A stretch of 54,770 nucleotides of DNA. Origin: Gammaproteobacteria bacterium. Lineage in GTDB: Bacteria > Pseudomonadota > Gammaproteobacteria > JAKDMP01. Under the pieces are notes generated by a model. The model ran no database searches. It was given only the letters and a program-made list of their open reading frames with translations, and had not been told where the DNA came from. Made by a program: the position numbers and the translations under genes. Shown here piece by piece: positions 18,172 to 27,012 of the stretch (position 1 is the first letter of the stretch; every line of letters starts with the position of its first letter). Where the stretch lies: the NCBI GenBank assembly GCA_030452225.1, contig JAKDMP010000001.1, positions 1-54,770 on the forward strand, written 5' to 3'.

Positions 18172-18777
18172 CTACTCCAAAAGCGGTTCAATACGTCGTG
18201 TGATGGCATCCCGTGCCCGGAAAATCCTCGAACGAACGGTACCGACCGGGCACTTCATGGCCTGGGCTATTTCCTCGTAGCTCAAGCCTTCAAGTTCTCT
18301 GAGTATAATCGCGCGCCGAAGTTCCGGCGGAAGATCGTCAATGGCCGCATTGATCGTGCGTTTCAGCTCGTCGGTATAGATGAGCCGTTCGGGGCTCGAC
18401 ACATCGGTCATCTTCAGTTGGATTTCGCTGAGTTCGGGATCATCCACGTCGACGCCGCCCTCGACCGGATTTCGCGTCGCCGCCCCGATGGCATTCTTGG
18501 CCGCATTCACGGCAATCCTGTACAGCCAGGTATAAAAAGCGCTGTCGCCGCGAAAGCCGTCTATGGCCTTGTAGGCGCGAATGAAGACCTCCTGGGAGAC
18601 GTCCAGTGCTTCTTCGGGATCACGGATGTAGCGAGATACGAGCTTGACGATGCGGCGCTGGTACTTGAGTACCAGCGCGTTGAAGGCCGCGCGGTCGCCT
18701 CCCTTGACCCGCTCCACCAGAAGCCGATCGGCCTCGGCCCGTGATTTGCTGTCGATCGCCAAAGCTACTTCCACCAT
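18172..18777 (-). CDS. rpoE: ECF RNA polymerase sigma factor RpoE/AlgU
   Basis: 201 aa. The sequence reads ...LVERVKGGDRAAFNALVLKYQRRIVKLVSRYIRDPEEALDVSQEVFIRAYKAI..FRGDSAFYTWLYRIAVNAAKN.... Confidence 0.93.
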   Translation of the reverse strand: MVEVALAIDSKSRAEADRLLVERVKGGDRAAFNALVLKYQRRIVKLVSRYIRDPEEALDVSQEVFIRAYKAIDGFRGDSAFYTWLYRIAVNAAKNAIGAATRNPVEGGVDVDDPELSEIQLKMTDVSSPERLIYTDELKRTINAAIDDLPPELRRAIILRELEGLSYEEIAQAMKCPVGTVRSRIFRARDAITRRIEPLLE

Positions 18778-18785
18778 AAGAGTTT

Positions 18786-18812
18786 ATAGACAGCCCGGTT
18801 TCGCAATAGTTC
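18786..18812 (-). promoter_or_regulatory. Candidate sigma-E-type promoter (GAACTA-N16-TCTAT) upstream of rpoE
   Basis: The minus strand reads GAACTA (18812-18807), 16 nt, TCTAT (18790-18786), which resembles GAACTT-N16/17-TCTGA/TCAAA. The -10 lies only 9 nt from ATG 18777, so this is either a coincidence or it implies a leaderless or downstream start. Confidence 0.25.
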
Positions 18813-18864
18813 GACGGGTACCACGTTCATTGTATAGCCCCCTGCGCGGCACCCGCGACTGCAT

Positions 18865-19617
18865 TCATCGGTGCTCGCCCGTGACGGCATCCAGGGCAAC
18901 GACGGCGGCCTCATCGAGTTCACGCCAACAGCCGCGGCGCAAATCCCGGGGCAGGGTCTGCGGGCCAAAGCCAATGCGCTTGAGCCGGCTGACCTCCAAT
19001 CCGACCGCCTCGAACAAACGCCGCACTTCGCGGTTGCGCCCTTCGGCCAGAGCCACCTCGAACCAATGGTTGCGGCCGCTCGAGCTGCCGCAAGGTCGGC
19101 AATCGAGAAACCTCGCCGGACCGTCCTCCAGTTCCACGCCATCGAGCAGACGTTTGCGCATCGCGCCGTCCAGCTCCCCGTGCACCCGCGCGAGGTAGCG
19201 GCGCTCGAGTTCGTGGCGCGGATGCATGAGCCGGGCCGCCAGATCGCCGTCGGTGGTAAAAAGCAGCAGCCCGGCGGTGGCAATATCGAGCCGGCCGACG
19301 ACCACCCAGCGCCCGCCCCGCAGTCGGGGAAGAGCGGCAAAAACGGTGGAACGGCCCTCGGGGTCATGCCGGGTCACCACCTCGCCCACCGGCTTGTGAT
19401 AGACCAGTACGCGGCGCTGTGCCCGTTCCCTGGGCAAATGCAGGCGTTTGCCGTCCAGGGCAAGCGGCATGTCCGGGCTGATTCGCTCGCCCCCTTTCAG
19501 CACCCGTCCGCCGACGGCCAGGCGGCCGGCATCCACCCAGCGCGCCACTTCGCGCCGTGAAGCGACACCGAGTTGCGGCAGCAGCCGTTCCGGCCGATCG
19601 AGCTTCCTGTCCGGCAT
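18865..19617 (-). CDS. rluB: 23S rRNA pseudouridine synthase (RluB/RsuA family)
   Basis: 250 aa with an S4 domain at the N-terminus. ...VVGRLDIATAGLLLFTTDG... carries the catalytic Asp motif. Confidence 0.85.
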   Translation of the reverse strand: MPDRKLDRPERLLPQLGVASRREVARWVDAGRLAVGGRVLKGGERISPDMPLALDGKRLHLPRERAQRRVLVYHKPVGEVVTRHDPEGRSTVFAALPRLRGGRWVVVGRLDIATAGLLLFTTDGDLAARLMHPRHELERRYLARVHGELDGAMRKRLLDGVELEDGPARFLDCRPCGSSSGRNHWFEVALAEGRNREVRRLFEAVGLEVSRLKRIGFGPQTLPRDLRRGCWRELDEAAVVALDAVTGEHR

Positions 19618-19651
19618 GATTCACGCCGCCCCGGGGAGTGCAGGATGCCTG

Positions 19652-20542
19652 TCAGTCATTCCTGCCGGTTTCCGATCCGAAGCCTCCGGTGGAACCGTCT
19701 GCGTCCGATACGCCGGCGGACCGGTTTGGATCCCGGAATTGCCCGGACGCCGGCGCAGCGTTTTGCGGGCGCGCGCGGGGAGACTCCGCCGTTGCGCCGG
19801 GCTTGTTGCCGGACCACGGTCCCGACACGACGTCCGCACCGGCCTGCGCCGCACCCTGATCCACGCCCGCAGTCTCCGGCGCTGCCTCCGCCGGGGTCGG
19901 CGGGCCGACCTCCGCGGTTTCGTCATCTGTCCAGGGCAATTCCGGCTCGAACTCGGACAAGTCCCGGATTTCGGCAAGCGTCGGCAATTCCTCCAGGCTC
20001 GCCAAACCGAAGTAATCGAGAAAAATCCTGGTGGTGCCATACAAAGCCGGCCTGCCCGGTGCATCGCGATGGCCGACCACCCGGATCCAGCCGCGCTCCT
20101 CGAGCGTGCGCACGATGTGGGTGCTGACGGCCACCCCGCGAACCGACTCGATCTCGGGACGTGTAATCGGCTGGCGGTAGGCGATCAAGGCCAGGGTTTC
20201 CAGCAGGGCACGCGAGTAGCGCGCGGGGCGTTCGACCCACAGGCGGCTGACCCAGCGCGCGTAGTCGGACGGCACCTCGATTCGATAACCGCTGGCAAGC
20301 TTTCTGAGTTCAATCGGCAACCCGGCGAAGCGCTCCGGGAGCTTGTCCAGCGCCGCATCGATCCGACCGGCATCGGGCGGGGTGTGGCCATCCGCGAGGT
20401 CGAAGAGTTCCAGCAGTTCGTCGCGGGTGAGCGGCCGGTCGGCGGCAAACAGGGCCGCCACGAGGATATCCTCGACGGATGGCATGGCCGCGCTCGCCTG
20501 CGGCTCGCCCCACGCCCTGTCATGGTCGATCGGATCAGTCAT
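19652..20542 (-). CDS. scpB: Segregation and condensation protein B, with a roughly 100-aa low-complexity C-terminal tail
   Basis: 296 aa. ...LETLALIAYRQPITRPEIESVRGV... and ...GRPALYGTT..FL..FGL... are followed by a Pro/Ala/Gly/Asp-rich tail. The start overlaps the scpA stop as ATGA. Confidence 0.88.
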   Translation of the reverse strand: MTDPIDHDRAWGEPQASAAMPSVEDILVAALFAADRPLTRDELLELFDLADGHTPPDAGRIDAALDKLPERFAGLPIELRKLASGYRIEVPSDYARWVSRLWVERPARYSRALLETLALIAYRQPITRPEIESVRGVAVSTHIVRTLEERGWIRVVGHRDAPGRPALYGTTRIFLDYFGLASLEELPTLAEIRDLSEFEPELPWTDDETAEVGPPTPAEAAPETAGVDQGAAQAGADVVSGPWSGNKPGATAESPRARPQNAAPASGQFRDPNRSAGVSDADGSTGGFGSETGRND

Positions 20543-21423
20543 GATGCATCTCCGGCAGCAGTGTCTTGCGCGTCTTCGATCTCCGGAAACTCGTCGTCGC
20601 TCAAGCCTCGCGCTTGCACGTAAAGCGGCGCGAACGTCCCGCCCGCCTGGGTGAGCGATGCAAAACCGGTGCGCGCGAGTTCGAGCAAGGCGAGAAAATT
20701 GATCACGATTCCCTGGCGGCCCTCGGTGCGGTCGATCAGGGCGGCAAATGCGATATGGGCGCCCCCCCGAATGCGCGCCAGCAGGTCACTCATGCGCTGG
20801 CGAATGGAAATGGGCTCGGTCGCAATATGATGGTGCGCGGCTCGGGCGGCATCGCGCATGACGCGGGAGAAGCTTTCCAGCAGGGATTCGAAGCTGACTT
20901 GCGGTGCCAGACGAATCACCTTGCGCCCGGGAATCTTCGCGCTCACCGCGAAGCGGTCGCGCCCGACGCGCGCCAGCGCATCGATATCCTCGGCGGCCTG
21001 CTTGTAGCGTTCGTATTCCTGCAGGCGGCGCACGAGTTCCGCGCGCGGGTCTTCCTCTTCATCCTCCTCGCCCTCTTCGGGGCGCGGCAACAGCATGCGC
21101 GATTTGATCTCCGCGAGCATCGCCGCCATCAGCAGGTACTCGCCGGCCAGATCGAGCTTGAGCTCCTGCATCAGCTCGATGTAGCGGATGTACTGCCGGG
21201 TGATTTCGGCGATCGGGATGTCCAGCACGTCGAGGTTGTGGCGCCGGATCAGGTACAAGAGAAGATCGAGCGGCCCCTCGAAGGCATCCAGGATCACCTC
21301 CAGCGCATCGGGCGGAATGTACAGGTCGCGCGGCAGGGAGGTCAGCGGTTCGCCCTGCACCACGGCGAACGGCAGCTCTCCCTGGCTTCCCGGCTGCGGT
21401 GAATGCACCTCGTCAGTATTCAT
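20539..21423 (-). CDS. scpA: Segregation and condensation protein A
   Basis: 294 aa. The sequence reads ...FEGPLDLLLYLIRRHNLDVLDIPIAEIT.QY... Confidence 0.9.
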   Translation of the reverse strand: MNTDEVHSPQPGSQGELPFAVVQGEPLTSLPRDLYIPPDALEVILDAFEGPLDLLLYLIRRHNLDVLDIPIAEITRQYIRYIELMQELKLDLAGEYLLMAAMLAEIKSRMLLPRPEEGEEDEEEDPRAELVRRLQEYERYKQAAEDIDALARVGRDRFAVSAKIPGRKVIRLAPQVSFESLLESFSRVMRDAARAAHHHIATEPISIRQRMSDLLARIRGGAHIAFAALIDRTEGRQGIVINFLALLELARTGFASLTQAGGTFAPLYVQARGLSDDEFPEIEDAQDTAAGDAS

Positions 21424-21429
21424 GGTTCA

Positions 21430-22128
21430 TCACATCAAGTTGCCCAAAAGATACCAGAGGTTGCCCGGCGAAACACCCGCGAACAGGGCAAAGAAGCTGA
21501 AGCAGCCCTGCAGGACAGGATACAGCACAAAGCCCAGCACCCCGGTGAACAACAGCAGCACGATGATCCAGATACCGAAGGGTTCGACGCGTTCGTACAC
21601 GCGCGCGTAGCGCGGCGGCATCAGGCTCACCGCGACCCGGCCGCCGTCGAGCGGCGGCAGGGGCAGCAGGTTGAACACCATCAGCAGCGAGTTGATGAAC
21701 ACCCCCGCCACTCCGGCCAGCGCGATCGGAAGCGCGATGGACGAGGCCGAAGCGCTCAGCGCAAGGCCCAGCCGGATGACCAGTGCCCAGGCGACGGCCA
21801 TGAGGAAATTCGCCGCGGGCCCGGCGGCGCCAACCAGCGCCATGTCCCGGCGCGGGTTGCCGAGATTGCGCTCCCCGACCGGCACCGGCTTGGCCCAGCC
21901 GAATATGAAGCCCCCGGGCAGGAACAGCATGACCAGCGGCACGATAATGGTGCCGAACAGGTCGATATGACGGAACGGATTGACACTCAGGCGGCCGAGC
22001 ATTTTCGCGGTCGGATCGCCCAGACGATTGGCCACGAAGCCGTGCGCCACCTCGTGCAGGGTAATGGCAAACAAAGCCGGAATCACCCAAATGGCGATTT
22101 TCTGGACGAGATTCAAGCTTTCCGGCAT
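21430..22128 (-). CDS. Site-2 protease family (peptidase M50) membrane metalloprotease
   Basis: 232 aa and polytopic. It has HEVAHG (HExxH) in the first TM helix and ...NLLPLPPLDGG... . Confidence 0.8.
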   Translation of the reverse strand: MPESLNLVQKIAIWVIPALFAITLHEVAHGFVANRLGDPTAKMLGRLSVNPFRHIDLFGTIIVPLVMLFLPGGFIFGWAKPVPVGERNLGNPRRDMALVGAAGPAANFLMAVAWALVIRLGLALSASASSIALPIALAGVAGVFINSLLMVFNLLPLPPLDGGRVAVSLMPPRYARVYERVEPFGIWIIVLLLFTGVLGFVLYPVLQGCFSFFALFAGVSPGNLWYLLGNLM

Positions 22129-22139
22129 GCGCAGGAATT

Positions 22140-22178
22140 ATACGTGCCAAGCATACGTGCCAAGCATACGTGCCAAGC
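22140..22178. repeat. Perfect 3 x 13 bp tandem direct repeat (ATACGTGCCAAGC)
   Basis: Copies at 22140-22152, 22153-22165 and 22166-22178 are identical. They fill most of the 56-nt spacer between the yciO stop (22185) and the M50 start (22128). Confidence 0.95.
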
Positions 22179-22184
22179 CTTATG

Positions 22185-22805
22185 CTAGTACGCCCAGTCG
22201 CCGACGGGACCTCGCCCTTCACGCAGCAACCGCACGCCCCCGTCCTTCAACTCGATGACCGTGGTGGGCTCGCCGGGCGTGGGGCCCCCATCCACGATCA
22301 GATCGACTCCACCTCCATAGGCTTCCTCCACCGCCAACGCGTCGCCGAGCGGTTCGGTGCCATCCACGACCGTCGTGCTCATCAGCGGCTCATCGAGCGC
22401 GGCCAGCAAGGCACGCGCTACCGCATTGTCCGGCACGCGAATGCCGATGGCCTTGCGCTTCGGGTGCACCAGGCGGCGCGGGACCTCCCGCGTGGCCGGC
22501 AATACGAAGGTATAGGGTCCCGGAGTCAGCGAGCGCAGCAATCGATAGGCCGGGTTATCCACGTGGGCATAGGTCGCGATCTCACTCAAGTCGCGGCACA
22601 CCAGCGTGAACGGATGATGCCGATCGGCATCGCGCAGGCGGCGCATGCGAGCCGCCGCCGTCTTGTCGCTCAACCGGCAGCCCAGGGCATAGGACGAATC
22701 GGTGGGATAGGCGATCACCCCTCCCGCGGCCACGGTTCGCGCCGCCTGTGCTGCAAGACGGCTCTGCGGGTTGACGGGGTGCAGAATCAAGGTGTTTGCG
22801 CTCAT
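22185..22805 (-). CDS. yciO: YciO-family (YrdC/Sua5-fold) threonylcarbamoyl-AMP-synthase-like protein
   Basis: From ATG 22805 the sequence is MSANTLILHPVNPQSRL...GGVIAYPTDSSYALGC...HPFTLVCRDLSEI..Y..VDN.AYRLL...PGPYTFVL.AT.EVPRRL..., collinear with E. coli YciO as I recall it. The track ORF adds 67 unsupported upstream codons. Confidence 0.85.
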   Translation of the reverse strand: MSANTLILHPVNPQSRLAAQAARTVAAGGVIAYPTDSSYALGCRLSDKTAAARMRRLRDADRHHPFTLVCRDLSEIATYAHVDNPAYRLLRSLTPGPYTFVLPATREVPRRLVHPKRKAIGIRVPDNAVARALLAALDEPLMSTTVVDGTEPLGDALAVEEAYGGGVDLIVDGGPTPGEPTTVIELKDGGVRLLREGRGPVGDWAY

Positions 22806-22865
22806 CGGTACCCCATACGCGGTCTTGTGTTCTATGATAGCGGCAACTGTTGCAGGCTTCTTCCA

Positions 22866-23153
22866 ATGGCCGCACCCCAAGCCGACATCGCCCTGATCGA
22901 GCGCATACGCGCGCGCCTGGAGAGCGAATTCCCGTCCTCGGAAATGATCATCGAGGATGACAGCGCCCGGCACGCAGGGCATCGGGAGGCCGCCGGGCGC
23001 TTCCACCTGAAGGTACGGCTGCTCTCAAGCCGCTTTACCGGGCTGGACCGTGTGGCCCGTCACCGCCTGGTTTACGCAGCGCTCGGCGAAGAACTCGCCG
23101 GCCCGATCCATGCCCTCAACATCACCGCGCTCGCGCCCGGCGAGTCAACCTGA
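22866..23153 (+). CDS. BolA-family protein
   Basis: 95 aa taken from the ATG inside the 327-aa track ORF. ...IEDDSARHAGH... and ...RHRLVYAALGEEL.G.IHAL.I.A... match the family. It is divergent from yciO. Confidence 0.8.
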   Translation: MAAPQADIALIERIRARLESEFPSSEMIIEDDSARHAGHREAAGRFHLKVRLLSSRFTGLDRVARHRLVYAALGEELAGPIHALNITALAPGEST

Positions 23154-23309
23154 TCGGCTTCTCCCCAGCGTATCGAGGCAGCCCCGCGGGGCTTGAAGCC
23201 TGTGATCCGGGTGCAATTCCGTTATCCTAACGCATACCGATTCGGGAACCCGGGTGTCCCAAGAGACTCCCGATAGCATCATCCATCCATTACTCTGCAG
23301 AGGACTACA

Positions 23310-24305
23310 ATGACCAGACGATTCTTCAAGGTTTTGCCGTTGTTGGCAGTGGCGGGCCTGCTCGCCGCCTGCAACCCGCAGCCCAACTCCGGCCAGAACG
23401 GTTACAACGCCATGAACGGCACGGCGGCGCCCGCTGCCGGCACGGTGATCGTAACAGTCAACGGCGATCCGATTACCGCCGCCGAGCTGGACGCCTACGT
23501 CTCGTTGCGTACGCATGGCGCCAGGATTCAACTCAATGACATGCAGCGCTACCAGATCGCCAAGCAACTGATCCAACTCACCCTCGCCTATCAGTCCGCA
23601 CGTGAACAGAATCTTGCCAGTGATCCCGAAGTTCGCGCCGGCCTGGCCTTGCAACAAAAGCTCTACCTTGCCAATCAGGCGGTCGAGCATTACATGGCAA
23701 CGGCGACGGTTCCTGAATCCAGACTCCAGTCGGAATATCAAAAACTGGTGGCCGCGCAGTCCGGGGAGCAATACAAGGCCCGCCACATCCTCGTAAAGGA
23801 CAAATCCAAGGCCGAACAAATCATCAAGAAGCTGGATAACGGCGCCGACTTTGCAACGCTGGCAAAGAAGGAATCCATCGACAAGGGTACCGCATCACAA
23901 GGCGGCGAACTCGGCTGGTTCAAGCCCAAGCAGATGGTTCCGGAGTTTTCCGCGGCAATCGCCAAACTGAAGCCTGGCCAGTACACCGAGACCCCCGTAA
24001 AGAGCCGCTATGGCTGGCATGTCATCCTGCTCGAGGACGAACGCACTTCGGCGCCGCCGAGCTACACGGCTTCCAAGCCCACGCTCGCACGCCAGGCCAA
24101 AAGCAGCATGCTGCGCGAGCACTTCGACAAGTTGCACAGTCAGGCCAGCATCGACTGGATGATTCCCAATCCCGCCAGTGCGGCGGCCGCGGCACGCATG
24201 AAGGCCGTCAAGGAAGCCGCTGCCAAGGCGGCAGCCGCGAAGACGGCGGCCCCTCCGGCCTCCGCCTCCGCCCCGGCTTCGACTCCGGCTCCTGCGACGA
24301 ACTGA
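23310..24305 (+). CDS. Parvulin-type peptidyl-prolyl cis-trans isomerase lipoprotein (SurA/PpiD-like N-domain + rotamase domain)
   Basis: 331 aa with a lipobox (LLAAC). The rotamase core is ...YKARHILVKDKSKAEQIIKKL.NGADFATLAKKES.D.G.A.QGGELGWF...MVPEF... YGWHVILLED, followed by an Ala/Pro-rich tail. Confidence 0.85.
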   Translation: MTRRFFKVLPLLAVAGLLAACNPQPNSGQNGYNAMNGTAAPAAGTVIVTVNGDPITAAELDAYVSLRTHGARIQLNDMQRYQIAKQLIQLTLAYQSAREQNLASDPEVRAGLALQQKLYLANQAVEHYMATATVPESRLQSEYQKLVAAQSGEQYKARHILVKDKSKAEQIIKKLDNGADFATLAKKESIDKGTASQGGELGWFKPKQMVPEFSAAIAKLKPGQYTETPVKSRYGWHVILLEDERTSAPPSYTASKPTLARQAKSSMLREHFDKLHSQASIDWMIPNPASAAAAARMKAVKEAAAKAAAAKTAAPPASASAPASTPAPATN

Positions 24306-24336
24306 AGTTCACGCGGCCTCAAAGCTGCAGAAGAGC

Positions 24337-24364
24337 AAAACGGCGCCCTCAGGGGCGCCGTTTT
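24337..24364. terminator. Bidirectional intrinsic terminator
   Basis: AAAA-CGGCGCCC-TCAG-GGGCGCCG-TTTT. It sits between the convergent PPIase gene (+) and tRNA-Lys (-). Confidence 0.75.
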
Positions 24365-24389
24365 CATTTCCAGCTCGTCAACGGATTAG

Positions 24390-24462
24390 TGGGCGGTCAG
24401 GGACTCGAACCCTGGACCAATGGCTTAAAAGGCCACTGCTCTACCGACTGAGCTAACCGCCC
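24390..24462 (-). tRNA. tRNA-Lys (anticodon UUU)
   Basis: The reverse complement is GGGCGGTTAGCTCAGTCGGTAGAGCAGTGGCCTTTTAAGCCATTGGTCCAGGGTTCGAGTCCCTGACCGCCCA. It folds as a cloverleaf with a 7-bp acceptor stem, a GCTC/GAGC D stem, a GTGGC/GCCAT anticodon stem with loop CTTTTAA, and a CAGGG/CCCTG T stem with TTCGAGT. CCA is not encoded. Confidence 0.95.
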
Positions 24463-24491
24463 TTTCTGAATGGCCGGCGCGGCCCGGCGAA

Positions 24492-24773
24492 CTAGTCCTC
24501 GCGACGGGTAACTTCCAGCAGGTGATACCCGAACTGTGTCTTGACCGGCCCCTGCACTTCGCCGACCGGCGCACTGAACACGACACGATCGAATTCGGGC
24601 ACCATCTGGCCCGGACCGAATTCGCCGAGATCGCCGCCGCGGCGGGCGGACGGGCAGGTCGAATGATTGCGCGCCAAGTCCGCAAAATCCTCGCCGTCTT
24701 CGATTCGTTGTTTGATCTCTTCGCAGCGATTCCGATCCGCAACCAGAATGTGCCTTGCGTTTGCCGAGGCCAT
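24492..24773 (-). CDS. ppiC: Peptidyl-prolyl cis-trans isomerase C (small parvulin)
   Basis: 93 aa. The sequence reads ...ARHILV......EIKQRIEDGEDFADLARNHSTCPS.RRGGDLGEF.PGQMVPEFD.VVF......V.GPVKTQFGYHLLEV. Confidence 0.9.
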   Translation of the reverse strand: MASANARHILVADRNRCEEIKQRIEDGEDFADLARNHSTCPSARRGGDLGEFGPGQMVPEFDRVVFSAPVGEVQGPVKTQFGYHLLEVTRRED

Positions 24774-24816
24774 GAGCCTTCCCCGCCAGTAAACGGCTTA
24801 TTTTAACCGCTGCATT

Positions 24817-25506
24817 TCATCGCGTCGAATAGCGCGTTGGATCATCCACGCCGGCGCGACGGAATCCTTCGCGCCTGAGTGCGCAGGCGTCGCAATGCCC
24901 GCAGGCGCGCCCGGCATCATCCGCCTGATAACAGGACACCGTAAAGGCGTAATCCACGCCCAGCGACAGGCCGCGGCGAATGATTTGCGCCTTGTCCAGG
25001 GCCATGAGCGGGGCGTGGACATGAAACCGTTCGCCCTCGACGCCCGCCTTGGTGGCAACATGGGCCAGACGCTCGAAGGCTTCGATGAAAGCCGGTCGGC
25101 AATCGGGGTAGCCCGAGTAATCCACCGCATTGACGCCGATGAAGATGTCTCGCGCTCCGATCACCTCGGCGTAGCCCAGGGCAAGGGACAAAAAAACGCT
25201 GTTGCGAGCCGGCACATAGGTAACGGGAATACCCGCTCCGCCCGCCTGCGGAACGTCGATGCCGGCGTCGGTCAAGGCAGAGCCGCCAATGGCGGCAAGA
25301 TCCAGGCAAACCTGGCGGTGTTCGATCGCGCCCAGCGAGCGCGCCAGCCGCTTCGCGGCTTCGAGTTCGGCCTTGTGGCGCTGCCCGTAATCGAAAGATA
25401 ATGCATGACACCGCCAACCCTCGGCACGGGCGACGGCCAGCACCGTGGCCGAATCGAGTCCACCGGAAACGAGGACGACAGCGTGGCGCTCAGCGCCCCG
25501 GGACAT
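24817..25506 (-). CDS. queC: 7-cyano-7-deazaguanine synthase
   Basis: From ATG 25506 the sequence is ...[13 protein letters not shown]... (PP-loop), with C-terminal zinc Cys residues (...SCYQ....[10 protein letters not shown]...). The track ORF (378 aa) is extended upstream through queE in another frame. Confidence 0.92.
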   Translation of the reverse strand: MSRGAERHAVVLVSGGLDSATVLAVARAEGWRCHALSFDYGQRHKAELEAAKRLARSLGAIEHRQVCLDLAAIGGSALTDAGIDVPQAGGAGIPVTYVPARNSVFLSLALGYAEVIGARDIFIGVNAVDYSGYPDCRPAFIEAFERLAHVATKAGVEGERFHVHAPLMALDKAQIIRRGLSLGVDYAFTVSCYQADDAGRACGHCDACALRREGFRRAGVDDPTRYSTR

Positions 25507-26185
25507 CGCCCCACAGCAATTTGTGCAATTGCAGTTGAAAACGAACCGGCAGGCGATCCGCGAGCATCCATTCGGCCAGATCCCGCGGCGGCAACTCGCC
25601 TGCCACGGGTGAAAAGAGTACTTCGGTGCGCGCGGCCAGATCGTGTTCGGCAACGAAGGCACGGGCCCATTCATAGTCGCGGCGATCGGCGAGCACGAAT
25701 TTTGCCTGATCGCCGGTACGCAGGTACTCGAGGTTGCCGAGCAGATTGCGCTGCGATTCTCCCGATCCCGGGGCCTTGACATCCATGACGACCATCGCGC
25801 GCGGATCCAGACCGCCGATCGGCAGGGCCCCGCTGGTCTCGATGGAAACCGCATAACGCTGTTCGGCCAGGCGCGCGACCAGCCGGCGCGTGTTGGGTTG
25901 AGCCAGAGGCTCGCCGCCGGTAATGCAAACGTGGCGTACGCCGTATGCTTCAACGGCTTGCCCGAGTTGATCGAAGCCGGTCCAGTGCCCGCCGTGGAAA
26001 GCGTAGGCGGTGTCGCACCAGCGGCAGCGCAGCGGGCAGCCGGTCAGCCGGACGAATACCGTGGGCCAGCCGGCATGGGCCGACTCGCCCTGCAGCGACA
26101 GGAATACTTCGGTAATGCGCAGCCGTTCGCTGGGCGGAAGATCGTCACGTCTCGCCGGCGCGGCCGTTTCCGCCACGCGTTTCAC
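25490..26185 (-). CDS. queE: 7-carboxy-7-deazaguanine synthase (radical SAM)
   Basis: 231 aa with a GTG start. The sequence reads ...[10 protein letters not shown]...[23 protein letters not shown]... Confidence 0.92.
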   Translation of the reverse strand: MKRVAETAAPARRDDLPPSERLRITEVFLSLQGESAHAGWPTVFVRLTGCPLRCRWCDTAYAFHGGHWTGFDQLGQAVEAYGVRHVCITGGEPLAQPNTRRLVARLAEQRYAVSIETSGALPIGGLDPRAMVVMDVKAPGSGESQRNLLGNLEYLRTGDQAKFVLADRRDYEWARAFVAEHDLAARTEVLFSPVAGELPPRDLAEWMLADRLPVRFQLQLHKLLWGDVPGR

Positions 26186-26190
26186 GCCTC

Positions 26191-27009
26191 TCAGCCCTGC
26201 GCGCCCATTTTCTGCAGCCGCCTCTGAGCCAGGTCCGCCGGCGTCGTGCCGGGATACTTCCGGATCACCGCCTTGAAGGTGTCGCGCGCCTGGTCGTATT
26301 CCCCCAGGGCGTACTGGGCGTAGCCGATCTTCAGATACGCATCGGGCGCCTTGGCGGAGTTCGGATAGTCGCTGAGCACTTCGCGAAAGTTGTCAATGGC
26401 TTTCTTGTATTCGCCGTTGACGTAATGCGTCTCCGCCATCCAGTACCAGGCATTGGGCACCAGGCTGCTGTTCGGATAGTTCTGAATGAAGGCCTGGAAT
26501 GCCACCACCGCTGCGCCATTGTTGCCGGCCCGAAGCTTGTCGAAGGCCGCCCGGTACGCCGTGCTGTCGGACACCTTCCGGGTCGGCGCGGCGCCTCCTT
26601 GTGCGCTATTGTCCTGCCCGCCGGATGCGGCCGTGCCGCCGGCGGCGGCCCCGGTGCTGCCACCTTGGAAGACCGCAGGGCTTCCGCCCCCAAGCTGGGC
26701 CAGGCGCTGATCGAAGTTGCGATTGATGGCCTGTTGGCGCTGTCGCGACTGTTGAAACTCATGCTGCAAAGTCTGAATCTGACCCCGCAACGCGGACAAT
26801 TCCCGCTGCAGTTGCTGCTGATCCGACACCACACCCATGAACTGCTGGCCTTTGACCAGTCTCTGCAGCTGATCGACCTGATGCTGCAATTCACCAATGC
26901 GCTGATATACCGGATCGTCGGGCGGCACTTGCGTCGCACAAGCGGGCAACAGCGCCACCACCGCGATTACGGACAAACCAACCAGCAGCCTGAGGGATCC
27001 GCGCAACAT
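26191..27009 (-). CDS. cpoB: Tol-Pal system protein CpoB (YbgF)
   Basis: 272 aa with a signal or lipobox-like N-terminus and a Gln-rich coiled coil. The C-terminal TPR region reads ...Y..AF..L..G.......F..F...YP.S.L..NA.YW....Y. It lies directly downstream of pal. Confidence 0.88.
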   Translation of the reverse strand: MLRGSLRLLVGLSVIAVVALLPACATQVPPDDPVYQRIGELQHQVDQLQRLVKGQQFMGVVSDQQQLQRELSALRGQIQTLQHEFQQSRQRQQAINRNFDQRLAQLGGGSPAVFQGGSTGAAAGGTAASGGQDNSAQGGAAPTRKVSDSTAYRAAFDKLRAGNNGAAVVAFQAFIQNYPNSSLVPNAWYWMAETHYVNGEYKKAIDNFREVLSDYPNSAKAPDAYLKIGYAQYALGEYDQARDTFKAVIRKYPGTTPADLAQRRLQKMGAQG

Positions 27010-27012
27010 GGT

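Noticed and set aside
22140-22178. Sigma-54 promoter reading of the tandem repeat (TGGCAC recurs on the coding strand)
   Set aside because: The conserved GG-N10-GC spacing of -24/-12 promoters is not met. With a 13-bp period, the next GC falls at N7 or N12, and the -12 position reads TTGG rather than TTGC.
24306-24491. tRNA-Lys as a genomic-island integration site
   Set aside because: No integrase, no duplicated tRNA 3' end and no compositional break are visible on either side. The flanking genes (parvulins, queC/queE) are core genes in the usual order.
25507-25953. N-terminal extension of the 378-aa track ORF that contains queC
   Set aside because: It overlaps queE out of frame. QueC homology, including the PP-loop SGGLDS, starts right after ATG 25506.
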